Shown one piece after another: positions 29,088 through 40,370 of a stretch of 64,000 nucleotides of DNA. Location of the stretch: NCBI GenBank assembly GCA_965203325.1, contig OZ241875.1:768001-832000 (forward strand), read 5' to 3'. The stretch is from a bacterium. Its GTDB lineage: Bacteria > UBA8248. Position numbers and translations under genes: made by a program. Each line of letters starts with the position of its first letter. Within the stretch, counting starts at the first letter, position 1. The notes below the pieces were generated by a model. It was not told the DNA's origin. It ran no database searches and was given only the letters and a program-made list of their open reading frames with translations.

Positions 29088-30014
29088 ATGAAAGAAGGCA
29101 TGAGGCCCGGAGACCGCCTGCCCTATTCGGCCATCGTCGATCGCAAACCGCTCAAACTGCCCGAAGGCGCACGCCTGGTGCTCTGGCCGGTACTGGCGCT
29201 GGAAGTGTGGGACATCGTCCGGCCCATGGCGCGCATGGTGATTCCCCCGCCCCAGGGGGTGCCGATGCTCCCCGACCATCCCAACTGGAGCTGGCACGAA
29301 TACGGCATGCGGGTCGGCATTTGGCGCATCAAGCGCATGCTCGACGATCTGGGCGTACGCCCGACGGTGACGCTGAACGCCCGCACCTGCCTGGAATATC
29401 CGCAAGTCGCCGGGGCGTGCCTGGAGGCGGGCTGGGAATTCAACGCCCACTCCTACGAGCAGATACCCATGCACAAACTAGACGACGAGCGCGCGACGAT
29501 TGAGGAGTGCATGGACATCATCACGGAATTCTGCGGCAAAAGACCGCGCGGCTGGTTCGGTCCGGGGCTGACCCAGACCTACCAGACGCTGGATCTTCTC
29601 GCCGAGGCCGGGGTCGAATACATCGGCGACTGGGTGCTCGACGACCAGCCGGTGCACGTGAAGACGACGGTCGGCAAGACGGTCGTGGCGCTGCCCTACA
29701 ACTACGAACTCCACGACATCGTGAGCATGGCGATCCAGTACCATGAGTCCCGGGTCTTCCGCGACCGCGCGATTGATTACTTCGAGACCGTCTACGCCGA
29801 GAGCCACGAATCCACCAAGGTGATGTCGATCGCCATGCACCCATATCTCTCGGGCTCGCCGCACCGGATCAAATACGTGCGCGAGACCTTCGAGCATATC
29901 CTGTCGAAACCGGGGGTGGTCTGCTGGGACGGTGAGCAAATACTGGATTGGTTCCTGAAGGAACGCCCGGCGCCGAAACCCCGGAAACGCCGCGCCAGGC
30001 GGAAAAGGGCTTAG
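29088..30014 (+). CDS. Polysaccharide deacetylase family protein (PuuE allantoinase-like)
   Basis: NWSWHEYG.RVG.WR, WEFNAHSY, PRGWFGPG and AMHPYLSG motifs; GGAG RBS before ATG 29088. Confidence 0.87.
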   Translation: MKEGMRPGDRLPYSAIVDRKPLKLPEGARLVLWPVLALEVWDIVRPMARMVIPPPQGVPMLPDHPNWSWHEYGMRVGIWRIKRMLDDLGVRPTVTLNARTCLEYPQVAGACLEAGWEFNAHSYEQIPMHKLDDERATIEECMDIITEFCGKRPRGWFGPGLTQTYQTLDLLAEAGVEYIGDWVLDDQPVHVKTTVGKTVVALPYNYELHDIVSMAIQYHESRVFRDRAIDYFETVYAESHESTKVMSIAMHPYLSGSPHRIKYVRETFEHILSKPGVVCWDGEQILDWFLKERPAPKPRKRRARRKRA

Positions 30015-30085
30015 CCCGGAACCGGAAAGGATTTGAATTTCCCGGCGTCAGTGGATCACCGAAGAAATAGAACCGGATATCTCAC

Positions 30086-31237
30086 TCAAGCGAACGCGCG
30101 GATTCCGGTTTCAAAGCCTGCGATGATGAGCTTCTGGATCTGGCTGGTTCCCTCGTAGATGGTCGCCACGCGCGCGTCGCGCATGTAGCGCTCCACGGGA
30201 TACTCGTTGCTGTAGCCCATGCCGCCGTGAATCTGAATCGCGTCGTTCGCGCAGCGAAGGGCCGCCTCGGTGCAATAGTATTTGGCGATGGAGGTCTCGC
30301 GCGTGTTCGGCTTGCCCGCATTCTTGAGTTCTCCCGCCCGGTAGAGCAGGAGCCTGCTCGCGTCGATGTCGACCACCATGCGGGCGATCATGTCCTGTAC
30401 GAGCTGGTGCGCGGCGATGGGCTTACCGAACGTGCGGCGCTCCTTCGCGTAGGCAACCGAGGCTTCGAGCGAGCCTTGCGCGATTCCCAGGCAACCCGCG
30501 CCCACCGAATAGCGTCCGTTGTCGAGCGCGCTCATCGCGACCTTGAAGCCATCGCCCACCTCCCCCATCAAGGCGTCATCGGGCACTTCGACGTTCGCCA
30601 GGAAAAGCTCGGCGGTGTTGGAACTCCTGAGTCCCAGCTTCCCGTGCATCGTCCGCGCCTCGAAGCCGGGCAGATCGGTCTCCACCAGAAAGGCCGCCAT
30701 CTTGCGCGGGTTCTCGCGATCGGTCTGCGCGATCACGAGCGCAAGCTGCGCGACCCCTCCGTTGCTGATCCATATCTTCTGCCCGTTCAGATTCCAGCCG
30801 CCCGAGGTCTTTTGCGCAAAAGTCTTCAAGTGCTGCGCGTCGGAGCCCACGTCCGGCTCCGTGAGGCCGAAACACCCTATCCACTCCGCCGAGCAGAGTC
30901 TGGGAAGATATTTCTTCTTCTGCGCCTCGCTCCCCCACTTCAGAATCGTGGTGGCGACGAGAGAGATCTGCACCGACAGGACGGTGCGCACCGAACTGCA
31001 CGCTTTGCTTATCTCCTCGTTCATGATGGCGTAGGAGATATAGTCGAGGCCCGCGCCGCCGTATTCCTCTGGAATCGGGCCGCCGAACATCCCCAACGCG
31101 CCCATTTCGGCGACGATGTCCGCCGGGTAGCGTTCCTTCTCGTCGTTCTCCCGGGCCACGGGGACGATTCGCCGTTGGGCGAACTCCGCCGCCGTTTCCT
31201 TGATCAGCCGCTGGGTCTCGTTGAGTTCAAAGTCCAC
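30086..31237 (-). CDS. Acyl-CoA dehydrogenase
   Basis: GCFGLTEP..GSD, LNGQKIWISNG, QIHGGMGY and IYEGTSQIQ motifs. Confidence 0.95.
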   Translation of the reverse strand: MDFELNETQRLIKETAAEFAQRRIVPVARENDEKERYPADIVAEMGALGMFGGPIPEEYGGAGLDYISYAIMNEEISKACSSVRTVLSVQISLVATTILKWGSEAQKKKYLPRLCSAEWIGCFGLTEPDVGSDAQHLKTFAQKTSGGWNLNGQKIWISNGGVAQLALVIAQTDRENPRKMAAFLVETDLPGFEARTMHGKLGLRSSNTAELFLANVEVPDDALMGEVGDGFKVAMSALDNGRYSVGAGCLGIAQGSLEASVAYAKERRTFGKPIAAHQLVQDMIARMVVDIDASRLLLYRAGELKNAGKPNTRETSIAKYYCTEAALRCANDAIQIHGGMGYSNEYPVERYMRDARVATIYEGTSQIQKLIIAGFETGIRAFA

Positions 31238-31258
31238 GGTCGTCTCAGGATGGGAGGC

Positions 31259-32113
31259 TTACTCGTAGGTGAAGAAGCCGCGGCCGGACTTTCGGCCCAG
31301 GTGGCCCGCCTTGACCATCTTGCGGAGCAGGAAGTTGGGCCGGTAGCGCGTATCGCCCAGCTCGCGGTAGAGCGTCTCCGTCTTGGCGAGGTGGATGTCG
31401 ACGCCGATCAGGTCGATGAGTTCGAGCGGCCCCATGGGCAGGCCTGCGCCCATCTTCATCGCCTTGTCGATGTCCTCGGCGGAGGCCAGACCGCCCGCAT
31501 AGACTTCCACCGCCTCGTTGAGCATTCCCGCCAGCACGCGGCTGCCGATGCCCGCCGGGCTGTCGAAATTCGCCATCACGGGCGTCTTGCCGAGCCGTTC
31601 GGCCAGGGCGCGGGCGGCTTCGACCGTCTCTTTCGAGGTGCCGAGGCCCGGCATGATCTCCACGAGCTTCATCACCAGCGGCGGGTTGAAGAAGTGGACG
31701 CCCACGACCTTCTCGGGCCTGGAAGTGGCCGCCGCCATCTCGGTGATGGAGAGCGAGGTGGTGTTCGACGCGAAAACAGCGTGCTCGGGCGCCGCTTCAT
31801 CCAGTGCGCCAAGCACCTCTTTCTTGATATCCATGTCCTCGAAAACGGCCTCGACGACAACGTCCGCATCCGCCGCCTTCGCGTAGCCCGTCGCAGGCGT
31901 GATGCGCGAGAAAACGGCGTCTTTTGCCTCGGCAGACATCTTGCCCTGCTCGACGCGCTTCGCCGCGCGCGCCTCAAGCCCCGAAATCGCCTTCGCCACC
32001 ATCTCTTCGCTCAAATCCGTCAGGACCACCGGAATCTCGTTTTGCGCGAAAAGCTGGGCGATTCCTGCGCCCATCGTGCCCGCGCCCACCACCATTGCCT
32101 TTTCCATTCCCAT
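31259..32113 (-). CDS. 3-hydroxyacyl(butyryl)-CoA dehydrogenase
   Basis: GAGTMG.GIA, EAVFE, ASNTTSL, HFFNP and PMGP motifs. Confidence 0.93.
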   Translation of the reverse strand: MGMEKAMVVGAGTMGAGIAQLFAQNEIPVVLTDLSEEMVAKAISGLEARAAKRVEQGKMSAEAKDAVFSRITPATGYAKAADADVVVEAVFEDMDIKKEVLGALDEAAPEHAVFASNTTSLSITEMAAATSRPEKVVGVHFFNPPLVMKLVEIMPGLGTSKETVEAARALAERLGKTPVMANFDSPAGIGSRVLAGMLNEAVEVYAGGLASAEDIDKAMKMGAGLPMGPLELIDLIGVDIHLAKTETLYRELGDTRYRPNFLLRKMVKAGHLGRKSGRGFFTYE

Positions 32114-32152
32114 CTCACCCTCTTGCTTTGCCGAACCGTATAATCATTGCGC

Positions 32153-33337
32153 CTATGCGACGCGCTCCAGCACGACGGCCACCCCCTGGCCCCCGCCGAT
32201 GCAGGCGCTCACGACGCCGAACTGCCCGCCCCTTTGCTCGAGCGCGCTCAGGCAGGTGGCGATGATCTTACCGCCCGTTGCGCCCACCGGGTGGCCGAGC
32301 GCGATGGCGCCGCCGTGTACGTTCAGCTTTTTCCTGTCCCACTCGAGTTCGCGCTCACAAGCGATGACCTGGGCGGCGAACGCCTCGTTCACCTCGATCA
32401 AATCCATGTCCGCAAGCGCGAGGCCCGCGCGTTCGAGCGCCTTCGGCATGGCCGTGACGGGCCCCAACCCCATGTAGCGGGGCTCCACGCCCGTCGAGGC
32501 ATAGCCGCGCAGGACGGCGACGGGCTTCGCGCCCAAATCGTCGGCCTTTTCCTTCGACGCCAGCACGAGGGCGGAGGCCGCATCCGCCTGGCAGCAGGAA
32601 TTGCCGGGGGTGACGGAGCCGTTCTTGTCGAAAACGGGCCGGAGGCGGCCCAGCTTTTCCATCGACATGCCGCTGCGCGGCGTCTCGTCCCTATCGAACA
32701 CGTTCACCTCGCCCTTGCGCCCTTTTAGTTCGACCGGCACGATCTCATCGGCGAACTTTCCGCCCTCGACGGCCGCCACGGCCTTCTCCTGGCTTTCGAG
32801 CGCGTACTCATCCTGCTCCTCTCGGCTCAGGTTGTATTTTTCCACCAGATTCTCCGCCGTCACGCCCATGAGTTGCCCCGAGAGCGGGTCCTCATAGCCG
32901 TCCTTGTAGATCAGGTCCAGAAACTGCGCGTGGCCGAAGCGGTTCCCCCACCGCGCGCCCGGGTTCACGAAGGGCACGTTGGAGGTGCTCTCCACGCCGC
33001 CCGCGAGCACGACATCCGCATCGCCCGCGCGGATCGCCTGGGCGGCGAGGGCGGCGGCCTTGATGCTCGAGCCGCAGCGCTTGTTGATGGTGTAAGCGGG
33101 CGTCTCCTTGGGAAGCCCCGCGCCCACCGAGATGAGCCGCGCGGAATTGGGACCCACCCCCGCCTGCCAGCCGTGGCCGATGATGGTCTCGTCGAAATGT
33201 TCCGGCGCCACGCCCGATCTTTGAACCGCCTCACGCGCGATGTGAACACCCATCTCCGGCGCGGTCATGCCTTTGAGCGCGCCGCCGAAGGCCCCGCCCG
33301 GGGAGCGAACGCTGCTGAGAATGACGACGTCTTTCAT
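32153..33337 (-). CDS. Acetyl-CoA C-acyltransferase (thiolase)
   Basis: INKRCGSS, NEAFA, GHPVGATG and CIGGGQG motifs. Confidence 0.95.
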   Translation of the reverse strand: MKDVVILSSVRSPGGAFGGALKGMTAPEMGVHIAREAVQRSGVAPEHFDETIIGHGWQAGVGPNSARLISVGAGLPKETPAYTINKRCGSSIKAAALAAQAIRAGDADVVLAGGVESTSNVPFVNPGARWGNRFGHAQFLDLIYKDGYEDPLSGQLMGVTAENLVEKYNLSREEQDEYALESQEKAVAAVEGGKFADEIVPVELKGRKGEVNVFDRDETPRSGMSMEKLGRLRPVFDKNGSVTPGNSCCQADAASALVLASKEKADDLGAKPVAVLRGYASTGVEPRYMGLGPVTAMPKALERAGLALADMDLIEVNEAFAAQVIACERELEWDRKKLNVHGGAIALGHPVGATGGKIIATCLSALEQRGGQFGVVSACIGGGQGVAVVLERVA

Positions 33338-33535
33338 ATAAGCCCTCAATTAACAAAAGGATGAGATATCTTTTCTCCAAATTACCAGAGCAGATAACTC
33401 AAATGCCTGAAACGATATCTCCATGTGTCAGGAGTTCTTATGGCATACCTCGAACACGGTAGGCAAGGAATGAGATGAAACGAAACCTTGGGACGCCTCG
33501 GGCGGCTTAGGCGTGAAACTCATTCAGCAAGAGAG

Positions 33536-34501
33536 CTACCCCCGTAAATCCTCCAGCAGTTTCAGGAAATCCACCGGAGGTTCGGCCAGCAGTTCCCGCT
33601 CGTCCCCTTCGATGGGATGGCGGAAAACCAGCCTGTGCGCATGGAGAGCCTGTCTCCCGATGAGGCTCTTTTGATTCGATTTGTTCTTCTTGCGGGGCCC
33701 TCTCGGCAACCTCCCCAGACCGTAGACCGGGTCGCCCAGGACGGGATGCCCGATATGGCTCATGTGCACCCTGATCTGGTGCGTTCTGCCCGTTTCGAGC
33801 GTAATGCCCAAAAGCGAAGCGCCTCCCAGCACTTCACGGACCGCGTAGTGAGTCACCGCCCGACGCCCGCTCTCCACAACCGCCATGGCCGTCCTGTGGG
33901 CCGGATGGCGTCCGATGGGAGCGTCTACCGTCCCCTCCCCTTGGGCGGGGATGCCGCGGACGATGGCCAGATAGTGGCGGTGAACCCGGCGCGCCTTGAG
34001 ATCGGCGGATAGTTTTCGGTGCGCGGCATCCGTTTTCGCCGCAATCAGCAGGCCGGACGTGTCCTTGTCGAGCCGGTGAACGATGCCGGGCCTCTCCACC
34101 CCGCCGATGCCCGAGAGCTGTCCTCTACAGTGATGCAAAAGAGCGGCGGCGAGGGTTCCCTTGCGCTGCCCGGCTCCCGGGTGAACCACCATGCCGGGCG
34201 GCTTGTTGATCACGAGAAGGTGCGCGTCCTCGTAGCGAACGTCGAGCGCAATCTCTTCGGCCTCGATGTGGGAGGGCGCGGGAGGCGGCAGCGTCACCAC
34301 GACGCGTGCGCCGCCCGGGAGGGCGTGCGCCGTTTTCGTCTCCACTCTTCCATCGACCGAGACCATGCCGTCCCGGATGAGCCCCTGCACGCGCGAGCGG
34401 GAGAGGTCTTTCAAATTGTGAGCCAGAAACGAATCGACCCGCTTGGCGCCTTCACGGCAGACAAGCGCCCAGGTTTTCTCGCCTCCCTCCGCCACACTCA
34501 T
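33536..34501 (-). CDS. rluD: RluA-family pseudouridine synthase (RluD-like, S4 domain)
   Basis: RVDSFL..LSRSR S4 domain, NKPPGMVVHP, HRLDKDTSG and GRTHQIRVH; real start at MSVAEGG. Confidence 0.92.
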   Translation of the reverse strand: MSVAEGGEKTWALVCREGAKRVDSFLAHNLKDLSRSRVQGLIRDGMVSVDGRVETKTAHALPGGARVVVTLPPPAPSHIEAEEIALDVRYEDAHLLVINKPPGMVVHPGAGQRKGTLAAALLHHCRGQLSGIGGVERPGIVHRLDKDTSGLLIAAKTDAAHRKLSADLKARRVHRHYLAIVRGIPAQGEGTVDAPIGRHPAHRTAMAVVESGRRAVTHYAVREVLGGASLLGITLETGRTHQIRVHMSHIGHPVLGDPVYGLGRLPRGPRKKNKSNQKSLIGRQALHAHRLVFRHPIEGDERELLAEPPVDFLKLLEDLRG

Positions 34502-35046
34502 ACCTTGACGAGGGCGCCGATGACGCGCGTTCTGGGGTAGAGCGTTCCCCGGACATGATCGCCCGTAGCCAGGAGGTCGTGATAGCCCTGCGCGGCCAGG
34601 AACCAGCCTTCCTTGATGATTTTTCCGCTCCCGAGCGTCAGCGGGCGCATGCCTACGCCGCGAACGATTCTGAGGTGATATTTTTCTTCCAGGAAGGCCA
34701 GTTTGTTCCAGAAGATATAGGAGGCTTTGGACGCGACGCGGCCCTCGAAGTTCACCGGTTCGCCCATCAGGTCTCTGAGCGCGCGAGAGGCTCGCCAGAA
34801 TGAATAAGCGAGAAAAACGCCCAGAACAGATGCGGCGGCGTAAAAGAGCGTCTCTTCTTGAAGCGGGCGCTGCGCAAACAGGTATCCCAGGCCCGAAATG
34901 CAGGCCAGAGAAACAACGCTCCAGACAACAGACGTGTTCCACAGATAATGGCGCGCATAGCCGCGCGCCCTGGTCGCCGAGCCTACGGAGGGTTTGTTTC
35001 GACTCGCATGCGTTCCCGAGAACGGGAAGGGGCCGAGCATCTCCAT
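34498..35046 (-). CDS. Hypothetical membrane protein (2 TM + beta-rich domain)
   Basis: Fills the lspA-rluD gap and overlaps rluD by ATGA; two hydrophobic helices; start uncertain. Confidence 0.65.
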   Translation of the reverse strand: MEMLGPFPFSGTHASRNKPSVGSATRARGYARHYLWNTSVVWSVVSLACISGLGYLFAQRPLQEETLFYAAASVLGVFLAYSFWRASRALRDLMGEPVNFEGRVASKASYIFWNKLAFLEEKYHLRIVRGVGMRPLTLGSGKIIKEGWFLAAQGYHDLLATGDHVRGTLYPRTRVIGALVKV

Positions 35047-35103
35047 CCCTCCGGAAAGAAATCCACTTCTCGTGAAAACCGGCTGCTGCCCGGTCGAACC
35101 GCT

Positions 35104-35613
35104 CTACCCGCCTTTCCCCTTCGATGCGGTCTCGGCCGGACTCCGCAAGAGATCGAGTATCATCAGACCGACACCGACCGTGATGCCTGAGTCCGCCAGG
35201 TTGAACGCGGGCCAATGGTATTGCCCATAATAGAACAGGAGATAGTCGATCACCTCGCCGTGGGCGACCCTGTCGACCAGGTTTCCCAGTCCGCCGCCGA
35301 AAACGAGAATCATGCCCGCTCTTCCCCAGAGATTTTCCGGCGGATGAGAGCGGTATAGATAGAGGACGAACGCCAACGCGGCCAGGGTGGCGCAGATAAA
35401 GAAAAGACGCCCCCACAGGGGAGGCAGGCCGTCGAGGATGCTGAACGCCCCGCCGGAATTTCTCAAATGTACGAGGTTGAAAAAACCCGGAATCACCGCT
35501 ACCGAGTCGCCCAGGGCGAAGGTTTTATCGACGATTTGCTTGACCACCTGATCGGCCAGGGCGAAAAGAGCGGCGATGAGGAAAAACGGTTTGAGCCCCG
35601 GCCTTCGGCTCAC
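35104..35613 (-). CDS. lspA: Lipoprotein signal peptidase II
   Basis: DQVVK, N.GGAFS, GNLVDR, VIDY and FNLADS motifs. Confidence 0.96.
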   Translation of the reverse strand: MSRRPGLKPFFLIAALFALADQVVKQIVDKTFALGDSVAVIPGFFNLVHLRNSGGAFSILDGLPPLWGRLFFICATLAALAFVLYLYRSHPPENLWGRAGMILVFGGGLGNLVDRVAHGEVIDYLLFYYGQYHWPAFNLADSGITVGVGLMILDLLRSPAETASKGKGG

Positions 35614-38465
35614 GAAAGCACCTTCGCGGCGATGCGGGCGCAGCGCGCCGAGAGGTCGGGGAAACGCGGGTCAGAACCCACGTCTTCCGAGATTTTCCAC
35701 GACATGGCGCACTTCGCCCCCCGCGCCTCGTTCACCTCGACGGCCAGACCCTCCACCTCCTCGCTGCGGTAAACATCGCCCGAGGGCGCCTCGCCTGAGT
35801 CTGCGAGCGCGGCGCCCGAGACGATGAACACGTCTTCCATCTCGGGTTCCAGAACCGCCAGCCTCTCGCGCATACTCTCCTCGGTGAACAGCCTCACGCT
35901 GAAATTGAGAGAACTGCCCTTGCCCTTTTCCTGATTCTGGCGGACGAGTTCGAGCGCCTTGAGCACCTCGGCCCGCGCGCGCATGAGCGGTTCCCATTTC
36001 TCTTCGAGCGCCTCGTCGCGCCGCGCAGCGTCGGCCTCGGGCAGGGACGCCAGGTGAATGCTCTCGCCGTGTAGTTTCGGCGTGAGTTGATAGGCTTCTT
36101 CCGCCGTGAAGGGCAGGATCGGCGCCATCATCCGGAGCAGCGCATCCAGGATTTCGTGCATGGTGCTGACGCCCGATATTCTGTCCACGTCGTCGGGCAG
36201 GGAGATGTAGAGCCTGTCCTTCAAGACGTCGAGATAGAACGAGGACAAATCGACCGCGCAGAAGTTGTTGAGCGCATGGTAGACGGCGTGAAACTCATAA
36301 TCGGCATAGGCCTGCCGCACGCGCTCGACGAGCCTGTCCAGGCGGCTGATGATGAGCCTGTCGATCTCCATGCGCTCTGCCAGCGGAACGGCGTCCTCGC
36401 CGGTGTCGAAGCTCTCATAGTCTCTCAGGTTGCCCAGCAGGAAGCGGCACGTATTCCTGATCCGGCGGTAGGCCTCCGCCATGCGGTCGAGAATCTGCGG
36501 GGAGATGCGGATGTCTTCCCTGTAGTTCTCCCCGGCGACCCAGAGCCTTAATATCTCGGCGCCGTATTTCTTGATGATCTCTTCGGGCGCGATCGTGTTG
36601 CCGAGCGATTTGCTCATCTTCTTGCCCTTGCCGTCCACCACGTAGCCGTGGGTGAGCACTTCGCGGTAGGGCGCCGCGTCCCTGACGCCGACGGCGGCGA
36701 GCAGGGAACTGTGGAACCAGCCGCGGTGCTGATCGCTGCCTTCGAGATACATGTCCGAAGGCCACGTCAACTCTTCTCTTTTCTCCAGGACGGCCGCCTG
36801 GCTCACGCCCGAGTCGAACCATACGTCGAGAATGTCGGTCTCTTTCCTGAAAGACGTGCCGCCGCATTTGGGGCAGGTGAAACCCGGCGGCAGAAGTTCC
36901 GCGGCCGGTCTCTCGAACCATACGTCCGCGCCGCCTTCTTCCATCAGGTCGGCCACGCGGTGCGCCACCTCGGCGTCCACCACGACGTGCCCGCAATCCT
37001 CGCAATGGAAGGCGACGATAGGCACGCCCCAGGAGCGCTGGCGCGAGATGCACCAGTCCGGCCTGTTCTCGATCATGCCGTAGATGCGCTCCTCGCCCCA
37101 AGGCGGCACCCAGGCGACTTTTCGAATTTCCTCCAGCGAGCGCTTTCTCAAATCGGCGTGCTCCATCGAGATGAACCACTGCGGCGTCGCGCGGAAGATG
37201 GTCGGCCTGTGGCTGCGCCAGTCGTGCGGATAGGGGTGGGTGTAATCCTCCACCGCGAACAAATGGCCCGAATCGCGCAGATGGGCAATGATGTTCGGAT
37301 CCGCATCGAAGACGAACTGGCCTGCGAAATGCGCCACGTCGTCGGTGAACTTCCCGTCATCCGCGATGGGGCTGTAGACTTCGAGGCCGTATTTGAGGCC
37401 GGTCTCGTAGTCCTCGCGCCCGTGGCCGGGAGCGGTGTGCACGACGCCCGTCCCCTGATCGAGGGTGACGTAATCGGCCTTCACGACGAGCGAGTCGCGC
37501 TCTATCCAGGGGTGTCGCGCGTGCAAGCCCTCGATCTCGCCTCCCTGGAAGCCCGCCACCTTCTGGAAGGCGCCGCTCGCACCCTCTTGTTCGGCCAACT
37601 CTTTCAACCGGGGCAGGAAATGCTCATGGAATATCAGCAACTCCTCCCCGTGGCGGAATACGCCGTATTCGAGAGTCTCGCTGAACGCCAGCGCCAGATT
37701 GGCGGGCAGCGTCCAGGGCGTCGTCGTCCAGATGAGAACGCTCACCCGCGAACCTTCCGCGGCCTCGTCCAGACCTTCGATCTTCTCCGCCCAGCCCGGC
37801 AACTGCTCGTCCGAGATGGGGAACTTCACATAGATGCTCGGCGTGGTGACCTCCTCATACTCCACTTCGGCCTCGGCCAGCGCGGTCCTCAGACCCGGCG
37901 CCCAGTGCACGGGTTTGAGACCCAGATACACGCCGCCGCGCTCGATGAAGCGCGCCAGTTCGCGCACGGTGGCGGCCTCGTAGTCGTAGCTCATGGTGAG
38001 GTAGGGCCGCTCCCAGTCGCCGAAGACGCCCAGGCGCTTGAACTCGTCCCGTTGGATGTCGATGTATTTCTCCGCGTATTCGCGGCACATCCTGCGCTTT
38101 TGCACCTCGTCTATCTCGAAGCGCTTGCGGCCGAGTTCCTTGTCCACCTGGTGTTCGATCGGCAGGCCGTGGCAGTCCCATCCCGGCACGTAGACGGCGT
38201 CGAAGCCGGCCATCTGCTTCGATTTCACCACGACGTCCTTCAATATCTTGTTCAGCACCGTGCCCAGGTGGATATGCCCGTTCGCATAGGGGGGGCCGTC
38301 GTGCAGGATGTATTTCTTGCAGCCCTGCGATGCGTCCCTGATCTTCTCGTAAATACCCTGCGCCTCCCAGGACTCGAGCATCTGCGGCTCGCGCCGGGGC
38401 AGGTTCCCCTTCATGGGAAACGAGGTTTTGGGCAGGTTCAAGAGTTCCTTGTAGTTCGTCGTCAT
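35610..38465 (-). CDS. ileS: Isoleucine--tRNA ligase (bacterial type 1)
   Basis: [40 protein letters not shown] and KMSKS motifs. Confidence 0.98.
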   Translation of the reverse strand: MTTNYKELLNLPKTSFPMKGNLPRREPQMLESWEAQGIYEKIRDASQGCKKYILHDGPPYANGHIHLGTVLNKILKDVVVKSKQMAGFDAVYVPGWDCHGLPIEHQVDKELGRKRFEIDEVQKRRMCREYAEKYIDIQRDEFKRLGVFGDWERPYLTMSYDYEAATVRELARFIERGGVYLGLKPVHWAPGLRTALAEAEVEYEEVTTPSIYVKFPISDEQLPGWAEKIEGLDEAAEGSRVSVLIWTTTPWTLPANLALAFSETLEYGVFRHGEELLIFHEHFLPRLKELAEQEGASGAFQKVAGFQGGEIEGLHARHPWIERDSLVVKADYVTLDQGTGVVHTAPGHGREDYETGLKYGLEVYSPIADDGKFTDDVAHFAGQFVFDADPNIIAHLRDSGHLFAVEDYTHPYPHDWRSHRPTIFRATPQWFISMEHADLRKRSLEEIRKVAWVPPWGEERIYGMIENRPDWCISRQRSWGVPIVAFHCEDCGHVVVDAEVAHRVADLMEEGGADVWFERPAAELLPPGFTCPKCGGTSFRKETDILDVWFDSGVSQAAVLEKREELTWPSDMYLEGSDQHRGWFHSSLLAAVGVRDAAPYREVLTHGYVVDGKGKKMSKSLGNTIAPEEIIKKYGAEILRLWVAGENYREDIRISPQILDRMAEAYRRIRNTCRFLLGNLRDYESFDTGEDAVPLAERMEIDRLIISRLDRLVERVRQAYADYEFHAVYHALNNFCAVDLSSFYLDVLKDRLYISLPDDVDRISGVSTMHEILDALLRMMAPILPFTAEEAYQLTPKLHGESIHLASLPEADAARRDEALEEKWEPLMRARAEVLKALELVRQNQEKGKGSSLNFSVRLFTEESMRERLAVLEPEMEDVFIVSGAALADSGEAPSGDVYRSEEVEGLAVEVNEARGAKCAMSWKISEDVGSDPRFPDLSARCARIAAKVLS

Positions 38466-38481
38466 TCTCCCATCCAGTCCT

Positions 38482-39504
38482 TTATGTCGTTTCGACAGCC
38501 GATACGGGCATCCCGGGGATTCCCGCCGCCTCCCTCACGAGGCGCATCGTCTTTTGCGCCTCCGCCCTGGCCCTGGCGCCGCCTTCGGCCAGAACGTCCT
38601 CCACATAGCCGATATCCCCTTCCAGGCGTTTCCTCTCTTCCCGGTAAGGTGCGAAATACGCATCCATCTTCTCGAAAAGAGCCTGTTTCGCATGGCCGTA
38701 GCCGAAGCCGGGCGTCCGGTATTGCTCCCTGAGCTCCTCCTGTTCCGCCTCATCGGAGAAGAGTTGATACAGGGCGAACACGTTGCAGGCGTCAGGGTCT
38801 TTGGGCTCTTCGAGCGGGGTGGAGTCGGTGACGATCGACATCACCCGCTTCCTGAGTTTTTTCCCCTCCTCGAAAATCTCGATGGTGTTGTCATAGCTCT
38901 TGCTCATCTTCTGGCCGTCCAAGCCCGGCACCTTGGCCCCCGCATCGAGCCGGACGGTGGGCAGGGGGAAGATTTCCCCATACGCGTTGTTGAACGCCAG
39001 GGCCATGTCGCGCGTCATCTCGAGATGCTGCACCTGATCCTCTCCCACGGGCACGACCGTGGAGCGGTAGATGAGGATGTCGGCGGCCATGAGCATCGGG
39101 TAATAATAAAGCCCCATCGAGGGCGTGATGCCTCGCGCCACCTTGTCCTTGAACGACGTGGCGCGATCCAGAAGCCCCTTTCCCGTGACGGCGGAGAGCA
39201 TCCAGGCGAGTTCGTTCACCTCGGGCACGTCGGACTGGCGGAAGAAAACCGCCTTTTCGGGGTCCAGACCCAATGCGAGATAGTCCATCGCCACGGCAAG
39301 CGTCTGCTCCGCCAGCAAGTCCTTGTCCTGCACCGTCGTCATGGCGTGGTAGTTCGCAATAAAATAGAAGGCCTCAGCCTCATCCTGGAGCGCGATGTGC
39401 TGTTTGAGCGCGCCGAAATAATTGCCCAGGTGCAGTTTTCCCGAGGGCTGCACTCCGGAGAGAAACCGCGTCGGCCGGTTTTTCTCGTTTTGGCTATCCG
39501 TCAT
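38482..39504 (-). CDS. trpS: Tryptophan--tRNA ligase
   Basis: [30 protein letters not shown] and KMSKS motifs. Confidence 0.97.
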   Translation of the reverse strand: MTDSQNEKNRPTRFLSGVQPSGKLHLGNYFGALKQHIALQDEAEAFYFIANYHAMTTVQDKDLLAEQTLAVAMDYLALGLDPEKAVFFRQSDVPEVNELAWMLSAVTGKGLLDRATSFKDKVARGITPSMGLYYYPMLMAADILIYRSTVVPVGEDQVQHLEMTRDMALAFNNAYGEIFPLPTVRLDAGAKVPGLDGQKMSKSYDNTIEIFEEGKKLRKRVMSIVTDSTPLEEPKDPDACNVFALYQLFSDEAEQEELREQYRTPGFGYGHAKQALFEKMDAYFAPYREERKRLEGDIGYVEDVLAEGGARARAEAQKTMRLVREAAGIPGMPVSAVETT

Positions 39505-39541
39505 CCGAGTGTCCTTTATCCGCGCGCCTGCGAGAAACCCG

Positions 39542-40213
39542 CTACGCCAAACCGAAGATTCTGAGAAGATTTAGCACAAAAACCTGCTCGGCCGTAGCCA
39601 GGGCGACGAAAATCGGCATCATGATCGTGTGCAGCGCGCCCAGCAGCAACAGGCCCAGCACGATGAAGAACCCGAACGGCTCGCTGCGCGAGTACTGCCA
39701 CGCCAGTCTTCTCGGCAAAAGCCCCATGACAATCCTCCCCCCGTCGAAGGGGAGGATGGGAATCAGGTTGAACGCCGCGAGCGCGGTGTTGATGGTGAAG
39801 CTCGCCCGCAGCATCAACATGAGCGGCTCGCCCACGAAGGTGAAGCCCAGGCCCGAGCCGCGCAGCAGAGAAAACAAAAAACCGCTGATGATCGCCAGGA
39901 TGAAGTTCGTCGCCGGCCCGGCGAGGGCCACCCACATCATTCCCCGTCTGGGATGACGGAAATTGCGCGGATCCACCGGCACCGGCTTCGCCCAGCCGAA
40001 GCCAACGCCCCCCACCATGGAGATGACGAAAGCGAGCGTCCCCATCAAATCGAGATGGACGATGGGATTCAGATTGATACGCCCCAGCATGCGCGCGGTG
40101 TTGTCGCCCAGCTTCTCGGCCATCCAGCCGTGCGCCACCTCGTGAAAGGTGAGCGCCAGCAGAATGGCCGGTATCGCGATCAGCAACTGCTGAATGAAAT
40201 CCGAGGAGAACAA
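39542..40213 (-). CDS. Site-2 protease (M50 family)
   Basis: HEVAH, GWAKPVP, ALAGP and FNLIPILPFDG motifs. Confidence 0.93.
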   Translation of the reverse strand: MFSSDFIQQLLIAIPAILLALTFHEVAHGWMAEKLGDNTARMLGRINLNPIVHLDLMGTLAFVISMVGGVGFGWAKPVPVDPRNFRHPRRGMMWVALAGPATNFILAIISGFLFSLLRGSGLGFTFVGEPLMLMLRASFTINTALAAFNLIPILPFDGGRIVMGLLPRRLAWQYSRSEPFGFFIVLGLLLLGALHTIMMPIFVALATAEQVFVLNLLRIFGLA

Positions 40214-40370
40214 GGCAGTCCCTTACCCCGTATGAGAGGCGACAATGAACGAGCGGCATGAACCCCTGACATTCACAAACCGGGCGCTTTACCAAGCAAA
40301 CCCGCTGGATTCTAGGGGCATAGGCAGATAGGGTCAAACGCGATACGCGCCGTGAAAACCGGCCCCGCGA

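Noticed and set aside
33536..35416. 626-aa extended RluD
   Set aside because: The extension overlaps lspA and the membrane-protein gene in other frames; RluD homology begins at 34501
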